DNA from: Nitrospirales bacterium
GTDB lineage: Bacteria; Nitrospirota; Nitrospiria; Nitrospirales; UBA8639
DNA length: 64,000 nt
Direction: 5' to 3'
Assembly (NCBI GenBank): GCA_963422365.1
Contig: OY729426.1
Location: 1,024,001 to 1,088,000, forward strand
How positions within the stretch are numbered: the stretch's first letter is position 1; each line of letters begins with the position of its first letter. The translations under genes were made by a program, and so were the position numbers. The notes under the pieces are model-generated. The model did not search any database. It was not told the DNA's origin and saw nothing but the letters and a program-made list of their open reading frames with translations. This document shows, piece after piece, positions 32,539 through 43,774 of the stretch.

Positions 32539-33343
32539 TCATTCTGATCGAAGTGAACTGACTGGTGCAGGGATCAGGGCAATGATACGCACGGGTGCGC
32601 CGGTCCTCCCTGGATTTCAATCTTCAGCGCGTACACCATCGCTCCTCGTGGCGGAAGCTTTTCCAAAGAAGCCACGTTTTCTAGCGCATAACGATTGGCT
32701 TTACTCAGCATCTGATGCGTGAGAAAATGCCTGGATTGCCCAGGGTCAATGTTGGCTGTGTCGAGTCCCACTCCCCGAATGTGCCGTTAGTGAATGAGAC
32801 AGTCCATGGCCTCAGGAAAAAATCCTGGGAAATGGAAGGATAAGGAATCGGCGGGAGTGGGGCTTCCCACGTATTCGATTGTATTCGGCCACTTTTTGCC
32901 ACGGCCGGTTCGGGGAAAAACCTAACGATTTGTGGGCTCGATGGCCCCATATGGAGCCTCCCACTGTTTGATGTCATTGACCGTGAGGGTATCGTCCTGA
33001 TTGTGCGCACAGGCCGATTGGCATCCATCACAATGGCTGAGCCCATAAGATGTTCAACGGGTATTTCGTCGAGGATTATTCCAGGCGATGCGAAGTGACT
33101 CGGTGCATCAAGGTGAGTCCCGCCGTGCTCCGATGCGGAAAACGTGCCGGAAGCATACCACCAATATCCACGTGAGGTCAGGCCCCGTGCGGTGTCATTA
33201 CGTGAAAAGTTCTTGTTATTGGGCCAACAAACAATGTGTTCGTCGAAGGTAGAGGTTAAGTCGAGAATCTGTGGAGGAGGAGTGGCGTGTCCCATCAATG
33301 GGAAAAGCATTGCCGACATGACAATGAGGCCCAGCCATTTCAT
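32539..33343 (-). pseudogene. Cyclase/kynurenine formamidase family, frameshifted
   Basis: SEHGGTHLDAPSHF, GLDTANIDPGQS, LENVA.LEKLPPRG and GAPVRIIA in different frames. Confidence 0.85.
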
Positions 33344-33517
33344 CCGGAACACTCGATGACAGCAACGCAGGGTTGATTTCATACGCAATCCTATCAGGAT
33401 TCAAATCCATCCGGCAATTTGGTGAAAGGTTGGTGGCGAGAATGAAGCTGTAAACCGTGCAGGTCAATCGGCGCATTGGCCAAAAGAGCAGAAATCAGTA
33501 TACTGAACCGATCGAAC

Positions 33518-33769
33518 ATGTGGCGCATCATTATCATTTTAATTCTTCTGATTGTTTTATTTTTGATGCTTCGAAAATCCTTTCGTGATTTTCGAAGCAA
33601 CCAATCCGCTGATTCCTCCTTGCCCTCCAAGGATATGATGGTTCAAGATCCTGTCTGCAAACTGTATATCACGGCGGGCTCTGCAGTGGTTGAAAAAATC
33701 GGAGGTCAGCGCTACCACTTTTGCAGCAGCGAGTGTGCCCATAAATTCAAAAGCTATATGTCCGGATAG
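33518..33769 (+). CDS. YHS domain membrane protein
   Basis: N-terminal TM, MVQDPVCKLYI...YHFCSSEC. Confidence 0.85.
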   Translation: MWRIIIILILLIVLFLMLRKSFRDFRSNQSADSSLPSKDMMVQDPVCKLYITAGSAVVEKIGGQRYHFCSSECAHKFKSYMSG

Positions 33770-33811
33770 GGCCGGAGAAGCAGGTCGAGAGCGCCGAGGG
33801 TGGGTAGGGTA

Positions 33812-34792
33812 TCAGGCAAGTGCCCCGCCGCAGGATGATCCGGCACCGGCCGTGCACCCATAACAATGTTGGCCGATGATAATCAAGCGCTGGCCCAAGG
33901 CCTCGAAATCAAATTCCGCTATCGTTTGTGGAAGGTTGCGGCTCACGGGCAAATCAAGCATCTGATTGAAATCGCAATCGTACAGCCGTCCATCCCATCC
34001 TACACTGAGTAAGCTTCGACACATCACGGTTTCGACCGAGTGCGGGTTGAAATTCTCGATGAGAAGGCTCATGTACGCTTCATACTTGCCTTGGGCGTAC
34101 AGATCGTTCAGAAAACGGTTAATGGGCATATTGGTGATGGCATACAGTTGATTGAACCTGATGCCGAAACGCGAGAGAAGCTCATCCTTATAGGCGGCCT
34201 CCAATTCCTGTTGGTTGGGAGGCAGGTCTGCTCCCAATGGGTTGTAGACGAGATTCAACACCAAACCCGTGCCTTCGTTTCCATATCCCCACGCATTCAA
34301 TTGCCGTAAGGCGGCGAGACTCCGTGCAAAGACCCCCTTGCCTCGTTGCTGATCCACGTTTTCCTCAAGATAGCAGGGTAAGGAGGCGATGATCTCTACT
34401 TGGTGATCAGCCAGAAATCGGGGAAGATGGGCTTTCCCTTTGACAAAAAAGACGGTCAAATTGCATCGGTCGAGAACCGTTCTCCCGAGGGCACGAGATT
34501 CTGAGACGAGATATTCAAAATACGGATTCATTTCCGGGGCCCCGCCGGTCATATCCACGGTGGTGATCTCAGGATGGCGTCGAAGAACCGTGAGAATGGT
34601 CTCCATCGTCTCACGGCTCATCATTTCTGTCCGGGAGGGTCCGGCGTCGACATGACAATGATGACAGGTTTGGTTACAGAGTTTCCCGACGTTCACTTGC
34701 AACGTGTGAATGGCCTTGGCACGTAGAGGGGGCACCTCATGTTCCGTGAGGGTTTGCGAAAAGAAACTGGGGAGCACAGGAATCGGTGTCAT
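33812..34792 (-). CDS. Radical SAM protein, ArsS-like/DUF3641 family
   Basis: CNQTCHHCH, TGGAPEMNP, ASLPCY, YDCDFNQ, HCYGCTAGAGSSCGG. Confidence 0.9.
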   Translation of the reverse strand: MTPIPVLPSFFSQTLTEHEVPPLRAKAIHTLQVNVGKLCNQTCHHCHVDAGPSRTEMMSRETMETILTVLRRHPEITTVDMTGGAPEMNPYFEYLVSESRALGRTVLDRCNLTVFFVKGKAHLPRFLADHQVEIIASLPCYLEENVDQQRGKGVFARSLAALRQLNAWGYGNEGTGLVLNLVYNPLGADLPPNQQELEAAYKDELLSRFGIRFNQLYAITNMPINRFLNDLYAQGKYEAYMSLLIENFNPHSVETVMCRSLLSVGWDGRLYDCDFNQMLDLPVSRNLPQTIAEFDFEALGQRLIIIGQHCYGCTAGAGSSCGGALA

Positions 34793-35003
34793 CCTTACCT
34801 GCGTCTCAGTGAATGAAAAGAGTTCCTCATGAGTCAACATTTGTAGCAAGGCCGGCGTCTGATGATCAAGTGGCTTCACGAACCCAGGGAAAATGGGGTA
34901 GTCTCGACCCCCTTGTATCTTGCAATACGGGAAGTCTTTTTTCAAAAGACACGGTGACCACCTCCATGACGAACAGGATGGCCAAGAGAGGCCGAACGTC
35001 TGA

Positions 35004-35762
35004 CTATTGTCGGAGGGTCAGTTCGCCGGCTGCCTCCTGGTCCACGAACCACGTCAGGGTCCCTGCCTGTGGCCGAATGATTTGAGCAGGGAGTACGTCG
35101 GGTTGAAAAGGCCCTTCAAGCACGGCATGGAGCGTTTTGGCTTTTGCATTGCCACAGATGAGAAACGTGACGTGTCGGGCATGATTGAGAAGAACCGGGG
35201 TGAAGGTGATCCGGGACGTCTGAAACGTTTCTACCCAAGGGGCGGCAACGAGCCGGCGCGTTTCATGAAGAGCCGGGGTGCCCGGGAACAGGGAAGCGGT
35301 ATGAGCGTCGGGTCCCATGCCCAACAGAATGAAATCGAAGCAAGGACTTTCTGGTTCGGAGACTTCGAATTGCTTGCGCAGCATGGCTTCATACTGGTCG
35401 GCAGCCGTGTGGACATCCGGGAGTTCGCTCGGCACACGATGAATTTGTGCCATGGAAATGGGCAGGTGGCTGAGGAGTGCTTCATGGGCCATTCGATAAT
35501 TACTGTCCGCATGATCCGGGGGGACGTGACGTTCATCTCCCCAAAAAAACCGGATTTTCGTCCAATCGAGTTGACTGTGGAAGGGTGGGGCGGCAAGCCT
35601 CGCATAGAGGCCTTGCGGGGTTGATCCTCCAGCAAGGGCGATGGTAAACGCGTTTCGTGCCGTGATGGCCTGACGCGCATGATGAACAAGGTGTTGTGCC
35701 GCGGCTTCCAGTAAAGATTGAGAAGTCGGGTAGATGTGGATGTTTCGTTCGGAAGCAGGCAT
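35004..35762 (-). CDS. pgl: 6-phosphogluconolactonase
   Basis: LAGGSTP, GDERHVPPDH.DSN, LLGMGPDAHTASLFP. Confidence 0.95.
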   Translation of the reverse strand: MPASERNIHIYPTSQSLLEAAAQHLVHHARQAITARNAFTIALAGGSTPQGLYARLAAPPFHSQLDWTKIRFFWGDERHVPPDHADSNYRMAHEALLSHLPISMAQIHRVPSELPDVHTAADQYEAMLRKQFEVSEPESPCFDFILLGMGPDAHTASLFPGTPALHETRRLVAAPWVETFQTSRITFTPVLLNHARHVTFLICGNAKAKTLHAVLEGPFQPDVLPAQIIRPQAGTLTWFVDQEAAGELTLRQ

Positions 35763-35799
35763 GCGAGAGCGTCAGGAAGGTGAAACAAGGGCAATGCGT

Positions 35800-36126
35800 T
35801 TAGCAGCCGGAATAGTCTGAATCTTCGAGTGTACCCTCCTTATTAAAGTCTAAACGAATTTGGCATTCAGCGGGGAGCGTCTCGAAAAGCGGGAGGGACG
35901 CTATGCCGCCGGTAAGGCGGAAATACACCCAGGTCTCTCCTCCAAAAAACTGCTTTGATTTGGCACTGGGCTTGCCCCAATTTTCTTCAAACCACGCTTG
36001 AGATTTCCCTCGGACCTCAGTGGGGATACGGGGGGCATCCTGATGAGGAGGAGCGCCACAGCTACCTAGAGTCAGACTGAGCGTACCGAGAACCAGAAAG
36101 CAAAGGAGCGACATCAGGGCCTTCAT
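35800..36126 (-). CDS. Hypothetical lipoprotein
   Basis: MKALMS signal peptide with LGSC lipobox. Confidence 0.65.
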   Translation of the reverse strand: MKALMSLLCFLVLGTLSLTLGSCGAPPHQDAPRIPTEVRGKSQAWFEENWGKPSAKSKQFFGGETWVYFRLTGGIASLPLFETLPAECQIRLDFNKEGTLEDSDYSGC

Positions 36127-36436
36127 AGTGTTTCGCCTGTGGGGTTGAGGGACATCTTGACTCAACTTCTCGTAAAAGAGGAGAAAGGCGCGTGCTGGAG
36201 GACCTTGATTTTTTGACTTCCCTGAAACGTCTGGCAAAATCGTAATCCCGTCGTGGTGTCTAGTCAAATGAAGAAATGGGGGGGGCTCTGAAAACATGTG
36301 GAGGTGTTTCGGATTGCCAACGTCAGACTGGCTCAATTAGAATGAGTAGCATCACGAATGATCATTGAGCAACGAGACAACATGAGATGATTGAGAAACC
36401 CTTCGTCTCCTAAAAATCTTGTGAGGGAGAAAATCG

Positions 36437-37099
36437 ATGAAAATCTACTTGGATACCGGCAGCGTCAAAGAAATTACCGAAGCCGCTCGCATGGGGATCG
36501 TGGATGGAGTCACCACAAACCCATCATTGGTCTCCAAAGAGGGGCGGGACTTGAAGGATGTAATTTTAGAAATTTGTCAGCTCGTCGATGGTCCGGTCAG
36601 CGCGGAGGTCGTGAGCCTTGAGGCCGAGGCCATGGTCAAGGAAGGTCGGGAGTTGGCCCGTATTCACCCAAATGTCGTGGTTAAGTGCCCGTTGATTCCA
36701 GAAGGACTCGCCGCAACCAAACGCTTGGCCAGCGAAGGCATTCGGGTGAATGTCACGTTGTGTTTTTCGCCGACTCAAGCCCTGCTGGCAGCCAAAGCCG
36801 GCGCGTGGTGCGTGTCGCCTTTTATCGGCCGTTTGGATGACGTAAGCAGTGACGGCATGGAACTCATCCGGCAAATCGTGACCATTTTTCACAATTACGA
36901 TTTTTCGACCTTGGTGCTTGTGGCAAGCGTGAGACATCCACAGCATGTGGTCGAAGCCGCTCTGGTAGGTGGTGACATTTGCACCATGCCCTATGGCGTC
37001 TTTCAACAATTGGTCACGCATCCGCTCACGGACATAGGACTCAACAAATTCTTAGCTGATTGGGAAGCCCAAAACGTGCTGAAAGGGGAACCCCGTTAG
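36437..37099 (+). CDS. fsa: Transaldolase/fructose-6-phosphate aldolase (short type)
   Basis: [30 protein letters not shown]. Confidence 0.92.
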   Translation: MKIYLDTGSVKEITEAARMGIVDGVTTNPSLVSKEGRDLKDVILEICQLVDGPVSAEVVSLEAEAMVKEGRELARIHPNVVVKCPLIPEGLAATKRLASEGIRVNVTLCFSPTQALLAAKAGAWCVSPFIGRLDDVSSDGMELIRQIVTIFHNYDFSTLVLVASVRHPQHVVEAALVGGDICTMPYGVFQQLVTHPLTDIGLNKFLADWEAQNVLKGEPR

Positions 37100-37809
37100 T
37101 GTATGCCGTCCACCAGTTGACGCGCGCGCCGAAACACGCGGTGAAACATGGGACGAGTGAGTTTTCCGGTAAAGGTATTTTGTTGGCTGGGGTGGTAGGA
37201 GCCTAACAGGGTGACTCCCCAGGGTGCAGAATAGATGGTTCCGTGCCCGAACTTTGGGGTGGGCTTGCCGATGGCTTGGCCTAGCGATCTGGCGGCTGTC
37301 AAATATTCGTCGAAGGCGATTTTCCCCAAGGCGACGATCACGGTGATTCGTTTCAACAAACGGAGTTCTGCGAGGACATAAGGCCGACACGTTGCAAACT
37401 CTTCTTTCGATGGTTTGTTGTCCGGTGGAGCGCAGCGTACGGCCGCGGCGACGTAACAATCCGTCAACTGCAACCCATCGCTCCGATGGGTGGACTCGGC
37501 CTGATTGGCGAATCCAAATCGAAACAGTGCCTCATAGAGCCAATCGCCACTTCGGTCACCGGTAAACACGCGTCCGGTCCGATTCCCGCCATGAGCCGCC
37601 GGAGCCAATCCAATGACGTAGAGCCTGGCACGGGGATCTCCAAATCCGGGAACGGGCCGCCCCCAATACTCCCACTCCTGAAATCGTTTCAACTTCGTGG
37701 CAGCGATGTCTCGACGGTAGGAGGTCAATCGTGGACAATGTGTGCAATCAGCGATGGTCTGGTGTAAAACGTTGAGGCTGCGCATCATAGGAATCGTACC
37801 ATAACTCAC
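37096..37809 (-). CDS. Uracil-DNA glycosylase family 5 (UdgB-like)
   Basis: [33 protein letters not shown]. Confidence 0.92.
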   Translation of the reverse strand: MSYGTIPMMRSLNVLHQTIADCTHCPRLTSYRRDIAATKLKRFQEWEYWGRPVPGFGDPRARLYVIGLAPAAHGGNRTGRVFTGDRSGDWLYEALFRFGFANQAESTHRSDGLQLTDCYVAAAVRCAPPDNKPSKEEFATCRPYVLAELRLLKRITVIVALGKIAFDEYLTAARSLGQAIGKPTPKFGHGTIYSAPWGVTLLGSYHPSQQNTFTGKLTRPMFHRVFRRARQLVDGIH

Positions 37810-37865
37810 GATCGGCTTTTAAAGGCTTTCGTGTTTGAGCGAGAGATTTGCCCCTTCGCATCAAG

Positions 37866-37917
37866 ACAGATTCTTTCCTTCGCTTCACGAAGGACAAGTG
37901 CTGTGCTCAGAATGACA
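37866..37917. repeat. Right half of a TGTCAT-family element
   Basis: AGATTCTT...CTCAGAATGACA matches the right end of the 47712-47848 element. Confidence 0.55.
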
Positions 37918-38027
37918 AGAGGGCGACCACTGAAAGATGAAGGATAGGCTCAGGGCTGGCAACGGGAATCCGGAACAACAAGTCGGCAAACACATGCCAA
38001 TCCATATTCGAAGGGGTTCATATTTTT

Positions 38028-38249
38028 GTGATCGGGTTCGGCCCCGATGGCCCCGATGGTCCCACGGAGGTGGCAGGGGCTCTCGTGGATGGGCAGAGCA
38101 TTAGCCGAGCCCAGAAAAAATGGATGAGCCACGAAGCGGCGCTTCGAGAGAAGAACCGCTATCGTTTTTTCATCGGGCGGGCGGACACATCGTCACCGGA
38201 CCGACCGGTACGAATGGTGAACGACTGGTATAGGATTCTGGCCTTGTAA
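38028..38249 (+). pseudogene. MOFRL (glycerate kinase) C-terminal remnant
   Basis: GPDGPDGPTEVAGALVDG and, in another frame, HIVTGPTGTN. Confidence 0.75.
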
Positions 38250-38268
38250 ACAATTTTTGACTGAAAGG

Positions 38269-38652
38269 ATGAGGATGTACGAAGCGCAAAAAATGGTTCG
38301 GAAGTTTCATACGGAGTTTGACATCCTCACAGCGGAGAGCCCCAGTGTGCCGGATGAGAAGACTGTGGCCTTGCGCGTGCGGCTTATTCAAGAAGAGTTT
38401 GACGAGTTGAAAGAGGCCATGAAAGCAGAGAATCTTCCTTGCATTGCAAAAGAACTCGCCGATCTTCTCTATGTCGTGTATGGCACGGCAGTCTCCTATG
38501 GGATCGACATGGAGCCGGTGTTCCGGGAAGTTCAGCGTTCCAACATGAGCAAGGTAGGCGGGTATAAACGAGACGATGGCAAGTGGGTCAAACCACCAAC
38601 CTACTCGCCGGCCGAGATTGAGCCCATTCTCGAAAGGCAACAAGGAGGATGA
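38269..38652 (+). CDS. MazG-like NTP pyrophosphohydrolase
   Basis: LIQEEFDEL, KELADLLYVVYG, EVQRSNMSK, DGKWVKP. Confidence 0.9.
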   Translation: MRMYEAQKMVRKFHTEFDILTAESPSVPDEKTVALRVRLIQEEFDELKEAMKAENLPCIAKELADLLYVVYGTAVSYGIDMEPVFREVQRSNMSKVGGYKRDDGKWVKPPTYSPAEIEPILERQQGG

Positions 38653-38671
38653 AGACAAGGGTGCGGCTCTC

Positions 38672-39238
38672 TCATCGTCTAGGTCCCAACGCCTTCCGAA
38701 GGGGACGGTGCGTGTTCTCGTGAGTCAGTAAGGCTTCTTTAATGGAGAGTCCTCCGCCATAGCCGACAAGGTTCCCATTGCTTCCGATGACTCGATGACA
38801 GGGGACAATGATCGAAACGGGATTCTGCCCGTTCGCCGCTCCGACGGCGCGAACGGCCTTGGGCTTCCCAATGGCTTGCGCAATCTGCCCGTATGACAGC
38901 GTTTGTCCATAAGGGATGGACAGAAGGGCTTGCCAGACTTTTTGTTGAAACGGAGTTCCCTTCGGGGCAAGTTTGATCGTGAAGGTCTTCCGCTTCCCGA
39001 AAAAGTATTCTTTGAGTTGCTGAATAGGTTGCTGAAATGGTGTTTCGGAATAGGTCCACTGAGGATCTGGTTTGGTCGGCTGTCGGCCATCCTGAAACGA
39101 GAGATGCGTCAACGCGTGCGCATTCCCAGCTAAGAGTAACCTGCCAACGGGGCTCTGCATGACACAATAGGAAATCGCATCGCGTCGAGCGTGGCTTTTT
39201 ACAGAGAAGGATTTTTGATGAGTGATGGCTGAAGGCAT
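38672..39238 (-). CDS. ogt: Methylated-DNA-protein-cysteine methyltransferase
   Basis: GTPFQ.KVW, RAVGAANG.NP, PCHRV active site. Confidence 0.95.
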   Translation of the reverse strand: MPSAITHQKSFSVKSHARRDAISYCVMQSPVGRLLLAGNAHALTHLSFQDGRQPTKPDPQWTYSETPFQQPIQQLKEYFFGKRKTFTIKLAPKGTPFQQKVWQALLSIPYGQTLSYGQIAQAIGKPKAVRAVGAANGQNPVSIIVPCHRVIGSNGNLVGYGGGLSIKEALLTHENTHRPLRKALGPRR

Positions 39239-39281
39239 GCTCACCGCCCCGTTAGACAGATGCCATTGTAGCATAGGCACG

Positions 39282-39959
39282 TTAACTCACCAAATTGCCG
39301 ACCGGGGAATGGTGAGAGAAGAAAAATTGGATCTCATTGCTCGTGTTAAAGAAATTTGGAATGAGGAGAAGGAATTGTTCGGTCAATTCCGGATCAAATC
39401 GTAGGCGGGAGCCCCCCTTGAGGACTTGGATGGCTTTCTCAAAGGGTTGTCCTTCTCCGTGAGGATGAGGAAAAGTCAATTGATCAAACGTGTCGGCAAT
39501 ACTCAGGATTCGGGATCCAAGCGGAATTAATGTTCCTCGAAGTCCATACGGATATCCATAGCCGTCCCATCGTTCATGATGGTGAGCAATCAAGACAGAG
39601 GCGGTAGTGAGGCTGGGCCATTGTTGAAGCATGGCGGCACCAATCCGAGGGTGGCATTGATGTTTCAGATCTTCTTGCGGCGATAAATTGGTGCCGGTCC
39701 GAAGGTGAAGCGGGAGAGAGAATTTCCCGAGATCGTGTAACAGGGCGGCATAGTGAAGCTGGAGAAGTTCTTGGGCTGATAACTCGACCGCATGTCCAAG
39801 GGCCAAGGAGAATTGAGCAGTCCGTTCGCAATGGCCGACGATAAGCGGATCCTGACTTTCCATGAGTTGTAGAAATCCTCGAACCAGACAACACGGGTTT
39901 TCTTTATTGTCGATGGGGGGAGAAGGTTGTCGGAGCGTAAGGGTATAGGAACCGTTCAT
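39282..39959 (-). CDS. Stand-alone HD-GYP domain phosphodiesterase
   Basis: LLHDLGK, HHERWDGYGYP.GL, IPLGSRILSIADTFD. Confidence 0.88.
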   Translation of the reverse strand: MNGSYTLTLRQPSPPIDNKENPCCLVRGFLQLMESQDPLIVGHCERTAQFSLALGHAVELSAQELLQLHYAALLHDLGKFSLPLHLRTGTNLSPQEDLKHQCHPRIGAAMLQQWPSLTTASVLIAHHHERWDGYGYPYGLRGTLIPLGSRILSIADTFDQLTFPHPHGEGQPFEKAIQVLKGGSRLRFDPELTEQFLLLIPNFFNTSNEIQFFFSHHSPVGNLVS

Positions 39960-40072
39960 CGATGGATTCTCCTTTCGATTGATTCTGTTGCTGATCCAGA
40001 CAACTTGCCGGTTTTCTCAAATAAAAAAGTCCGGAGCGTTTTTTGCGATGCAGCTTCCTCAGTCTTCCAGCT

Positions 40073-40113
40073 TCTTATATAGTAATGATTGTGATAATCA
40101 TTACTATATAAGA
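40073..40113. promoter_or_regulatory. Perfect 18-bp inverted repeat containing a Fur-box-like site
   Basis: TCTTATATAGTAATGATT-gtgat-AATCATTACTATATAAGA; 40087-40105 matches 15/19 of GATAATGATAATCATTATC. Confidence 0.65.
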
Positions 40114-40142
40114 TCGGTTCTGTCAATGAGTCTGGCAGGAAC

Positions 40143-41250
40143 ATGGGAAGCGCTTTCTCTGTTGACCACGGTCGGATTGTCGAAACGGGATTTCAGGTGA
40201 ATGAGGTCTCTTATACCGAACAAGGCTTTTCGCGTTTTTGTTCGAGCCAATTGGTCGGAAAGGGTACGTTTAATTTTGTCGATACCATCTACGTTACTCA
40301 GGAAGAAATTTCAGATCCTCTGAACCATCCGTATGGAGGAACGGTCTGGTCTTGGATGTGGAACGCCAGACCCTCCACGCGGTACCAACGATGGGGCGCG
40401 TGGAGGGAGAAAATATGACCCCGCTGTTAAGTCCGCACGATTCGGTGGCCCTCTTAATCGGAGACGATACGGTCCTGCAAATCCACAAGGTTGAGGCTTT
40501 TGGACAACAAACCGACCTTCACCCTTCCCCGGACCATCTTGTCACGGTGCTCTTATGGTTGTCTGTCGGTAAAAAAGATGCCTCGATGTTTGAAAGTCCG
40601 AGGGGCGATTCCATTCAATGTCGAACCGGCAAACACGACGTTTTTGAAACGGAACGGATTACGTGTAGGCCAATTGTATGACTTTGTTACAGAGCATGAT
40701 GTGCGAACGGTTACGCAATGTACCGGAACGGGCTCCACCCTCACGGGCATTTGGGGAAAAACGAGGTCTTGGACAGAACGAAGGCCGGAGAAAAGGGGTA
40801 TGACCCATTTGGCTATAAAACGGGCTTGACGCTTCGTCGAGAGGCGAAAGCCGGTGGGGCCTTTCAATTTTCTCGACCGGAAGATGTGAGCACGCATCCC
40901 TCCATCGGCACACAAGCGGTCTTGGCCTCGACAGGGTAGGATGCGGTGTTTCCCGGTCATGATGCGTGGGGGACCATTGACCAAATTGATGTCGATATGA
41001 GGAAGATGAAGGCCACGCTCAAAATTTTATACGATGGCGATGATGCCGGCGGTGCGCAATTTTCACACCCGACATGGGTATTCGCAGCCCGGACAACCTG
41101 GGTTGGGCGGAGGATGGATTTATCGACATCCAAGAGGACAATACGAAAAAACAATCGCCGCTTTTGGGGAGTCATTCAGGGCAAGAGGCTTCTCTGTGGC
41201 GTTTGGATCCTCTCACCGGTGAGGTGCAACAGATTGCTCAGATCGATCCT
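40143..41250 (+). pseudogene. PhoX-like (DUF839) phosphatase, 5' part, heavily frameshifted
   Basis: FSRFCSS, YVTQEE, GRVEGEN, FSRPEDV, GIRSPDNL.W..DG.I.IQED, IAQID. Confidence 0.7.
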
Positions 41251-41639
41251 TGTGTTGCCGAATTGGGTCGTGCAGCAGCCTCGGGGCGAGACCGTTATGG
41301 GGCGGGGTACGGGTGGTGCCGTGGCGGACGAGCCGTACCGCTGGATATGAGCAAAAACGGAACTGACTGTCGCGCTCCTGAAGATGAAAGTTCTGCGATC
41401 TGCGAATCTGTCTTCAGACAACCACCGTGTGGCTTGCGGGGCCCAATCATGCCCCGCGAACACGATCAACACGACGATGAGCGCAGAACGACGGTTGGTA
41501 GCAGCCATGGCGTCCCCCACGAAATTTCTTCTTGCGTGGGTGCTCATGGGTTTTCTTCTCGATGTCGATGTTTGAGAACAGGGCTGCTGTCTCTTTCTTC
41601 GACTGCTCAGGGTCGTCCTGCCCGGCACGCTCTACCCAA

Positions 41640-42050
41640 GGTTCCGGGGTGGGGCTGGTGACCATCAACACCCTGCGCCAACAGGCAGGGCCAAGCCCTC
41701 CCTGAGCCTCGTGGATGGCGCGCCACGCAAACTCGCATTCCGCCTGGAACTCGCCCGCGACGGCGAGGATGAGGAGACTCGGACGGAATAAGATGAAGGA
41801 AGGCGGCTTGAGGGCCAACACCCACCTGTTCGATGAAGATGTCGCCCTAGACATCGAGGAAAACGTCGATGCCGGCGTGGACCCACCCTGAAAGCCCTCG
41901 CCCCGGTGCCGTAGGGCCGTACTGGCGGCAAATCCTGGCCTTGCCAACGCTGGCCCAGGTTTGCCTGCCATTCACTCCGCGGCGAGTATCCAGACGCCGC
42001 CAGCGCGGTCGCCCAGGCCAGACTCTACGCCTTGCACCGCTGCCGCACAT
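41640..42050 (+). pseudogene. GC-rich remnant resembling P2-type tail genes U-X-D
   Basis: DGAPRKLAFRLELARDGED (gpU C-terminus-like), LRANTHL (gpX-like), LRGEYPDAASAVAQARL (gpD-like). Confidence 0.45.
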
Positions 42051-42159
42051 CACCCTGTCCGGTACCCCGGCCCTCGCGGCCAAAGCCCGGCTTACCCTCT
42101 CTGGCTTCCGCGACAGCATCAATGACCGGCCCCCTTGATAAGACCTGGGATGCCGACCG

Positions 42160-42567
42160 TTGATTATTCTTGATACGCGGACACTGGTCTGGGTGGATGA
42201 AGGGAATACGCGATGAGGACTAAAATCCAGAAAGCGTATTGACAACAATTGAGTCACAAAGAAGCTGCGTCTCATTAAGAAGCAATAAGCTTCTGGGAAA
42301 TTGCCAGATTGATACAGAAAAAACGGCTCTCCCTTTCAAAACCCGTATCACAATGGATGCAAGACCGGTTGCAACAGGGCCTGAATGAAATCGCTGTAAC
42401 CGGCGGGATTGGGAGCATCGCATTGGAACTGGCAGATTTTTCATGGTGATCCTGCCGACTGCTTGATTATGGCAACGGCCATTGCAAATTCAGCGACCTT
42501 GGTGACCGCCGACCCAACCATCTTGAAGTGGAAAGGCAATCTGCAACGCCACGATGCTGGCACATAA
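42160..42567 (+). pseudogene. VapC/PIN toxin pseudogene, preceded by an antitoxin C-terminal remnant
   Basis: IILDT.TLVW, ISFWEIA, HGDPADCLIMATA...LVTAD with stops and frameshifts; upstream ...PLDKTWDADR* overlaps the start. Confidence 0.75.
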
Positions 42568-42728
42568 TCTTTCAACCTCGGTGTGTATCAAACCTGATGC
42601 GGCACAGGTGACAACATCAAACGGCACCTGTGCTCCTCGAACAGGACCATCAGACGCCATAAGCTTGGCGTGATTCCTCGACCCATTTTGTCTTGACGAT
42701 GACGTCCGGTTGTAGGAGCCTAGACTGC

Positions 42729-42979
42729 ATGAACGCGCTTGCATTCGACACACACAAGGCAGTCAAGGCCCTCAAGGAAGCCGGGGCCGATGAACGTTTG
42801 GCCGAAGCCTAGTCGCGACAGTCGGCGACGCCATGGGTGAGAACGTGGCCACGAAGGCCGATACCGTCGCTGTACGATCCGATATCGCCGTATTGGAAAC
42901 TCAACTTTACCGCCATCTTTGGGGCATGGCCGTCGGCATTGTCGGTCTCACGGTCGCGTTTGTGAAACTGACCACGTGA
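42729..42979 (+). pseudogene. DUF1640/CCDC90-like small protein, frameshifted
   Basis: MNALAFDTHKAVKALKEAG..., NVATKAD, C-terminal TM; frameshift near 42810. Confidence 0.7.
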
Positions 42980-42994
42980 CCGAAACACGCCTTT

Positions 42995-43240
42995 TTGAGA
43001 ACGACCTTTTCCGTGAAGCCAACGACCGACTCTGACCTAAACGGAGAACCGAATCCCGCCTTTCTGTATAGCACCGAGTCTGTCCTGAAGAGCGACCGTG
43101 CCAAACACATCGCCAAACAGGTAAAGAAAAAGCAAAAAACCGCGGTCGTCTTCGCTGCCCACAAGTTCATGGGGCAGAAGGAATTGACACAGATGGGAAT
43201 CTGTATTCTACGGCTTGCCGTATGCTATCCTGGGGCAGCA
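42995..43240 (+). pseudogene. C-terminal remnant of a site-specific DNA methyltransferase (Mod-like)
   Basis: KTAVVFAAHKFMGQKELTQMGI then YGLPYAI after a frameshift. Confidence 0.5.
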
Positions 43241-43302
43241 GAATCAGGACAATACTCATGACAGGATACTACGAACTGCTCCAGCGAGACTCACACCAAC
43301 CC

Positions 43303-43379
43303 GTAGGTCTGATTAGCTGAAGGTGCAATCCGACATCCCTGCCCCTTGTCGGCTTACGCTACGCCGACTGACAGGACTA
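43303..43379. repeat. Degenerate GTAG REPIN-like doublet
   Basis: GTAGGTCTGATTAGC..AATCCGACA...TGTCGGCTTACGCT, related to 1277-1360. Confidence 0.55.
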
Positions 43380-43774
43380 AGCCATATCTCAGCCAGGAAC
43401 CGAAAATGGACAACGAGAAAAAACGGATCGTAATTTTCCAGCCAAGCAGGCAGCAGTCTAACCTCGAAGAGATAAAAAGGAAGGAATGGAAAGAAAAATT
43501 CAGTCCACCATCGCCCGTGTCTGGGATAATGACGAGAATGTTGATCCTGTCGCCAGCACCCATCATCCGTTGCGCATACGACGGTCGCGGGCGCCCTGTG
43601 CTTGACCGTGACGTTATTGGCTCTCTTCCATCGCCTGCGTGGGGTCGTCGGTCGTTCGTCACTGGAGCCCTGGCAGTGCCTCCACCGAACGCTTTGTCCA
43701 GGCGGATCGCATCTCGGGTGCAATTCCCGAATGCTCATTCACGATGTCCGAAAGTTGCTTGCGGCTTACCTCGA

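Noticed and set aside
41580..42140. Insertion sequence explaining the GC-rich patch
   Set aside because: No transposase motifs or terminal inverted repeats recognised; peptides fit phage tail genes better.
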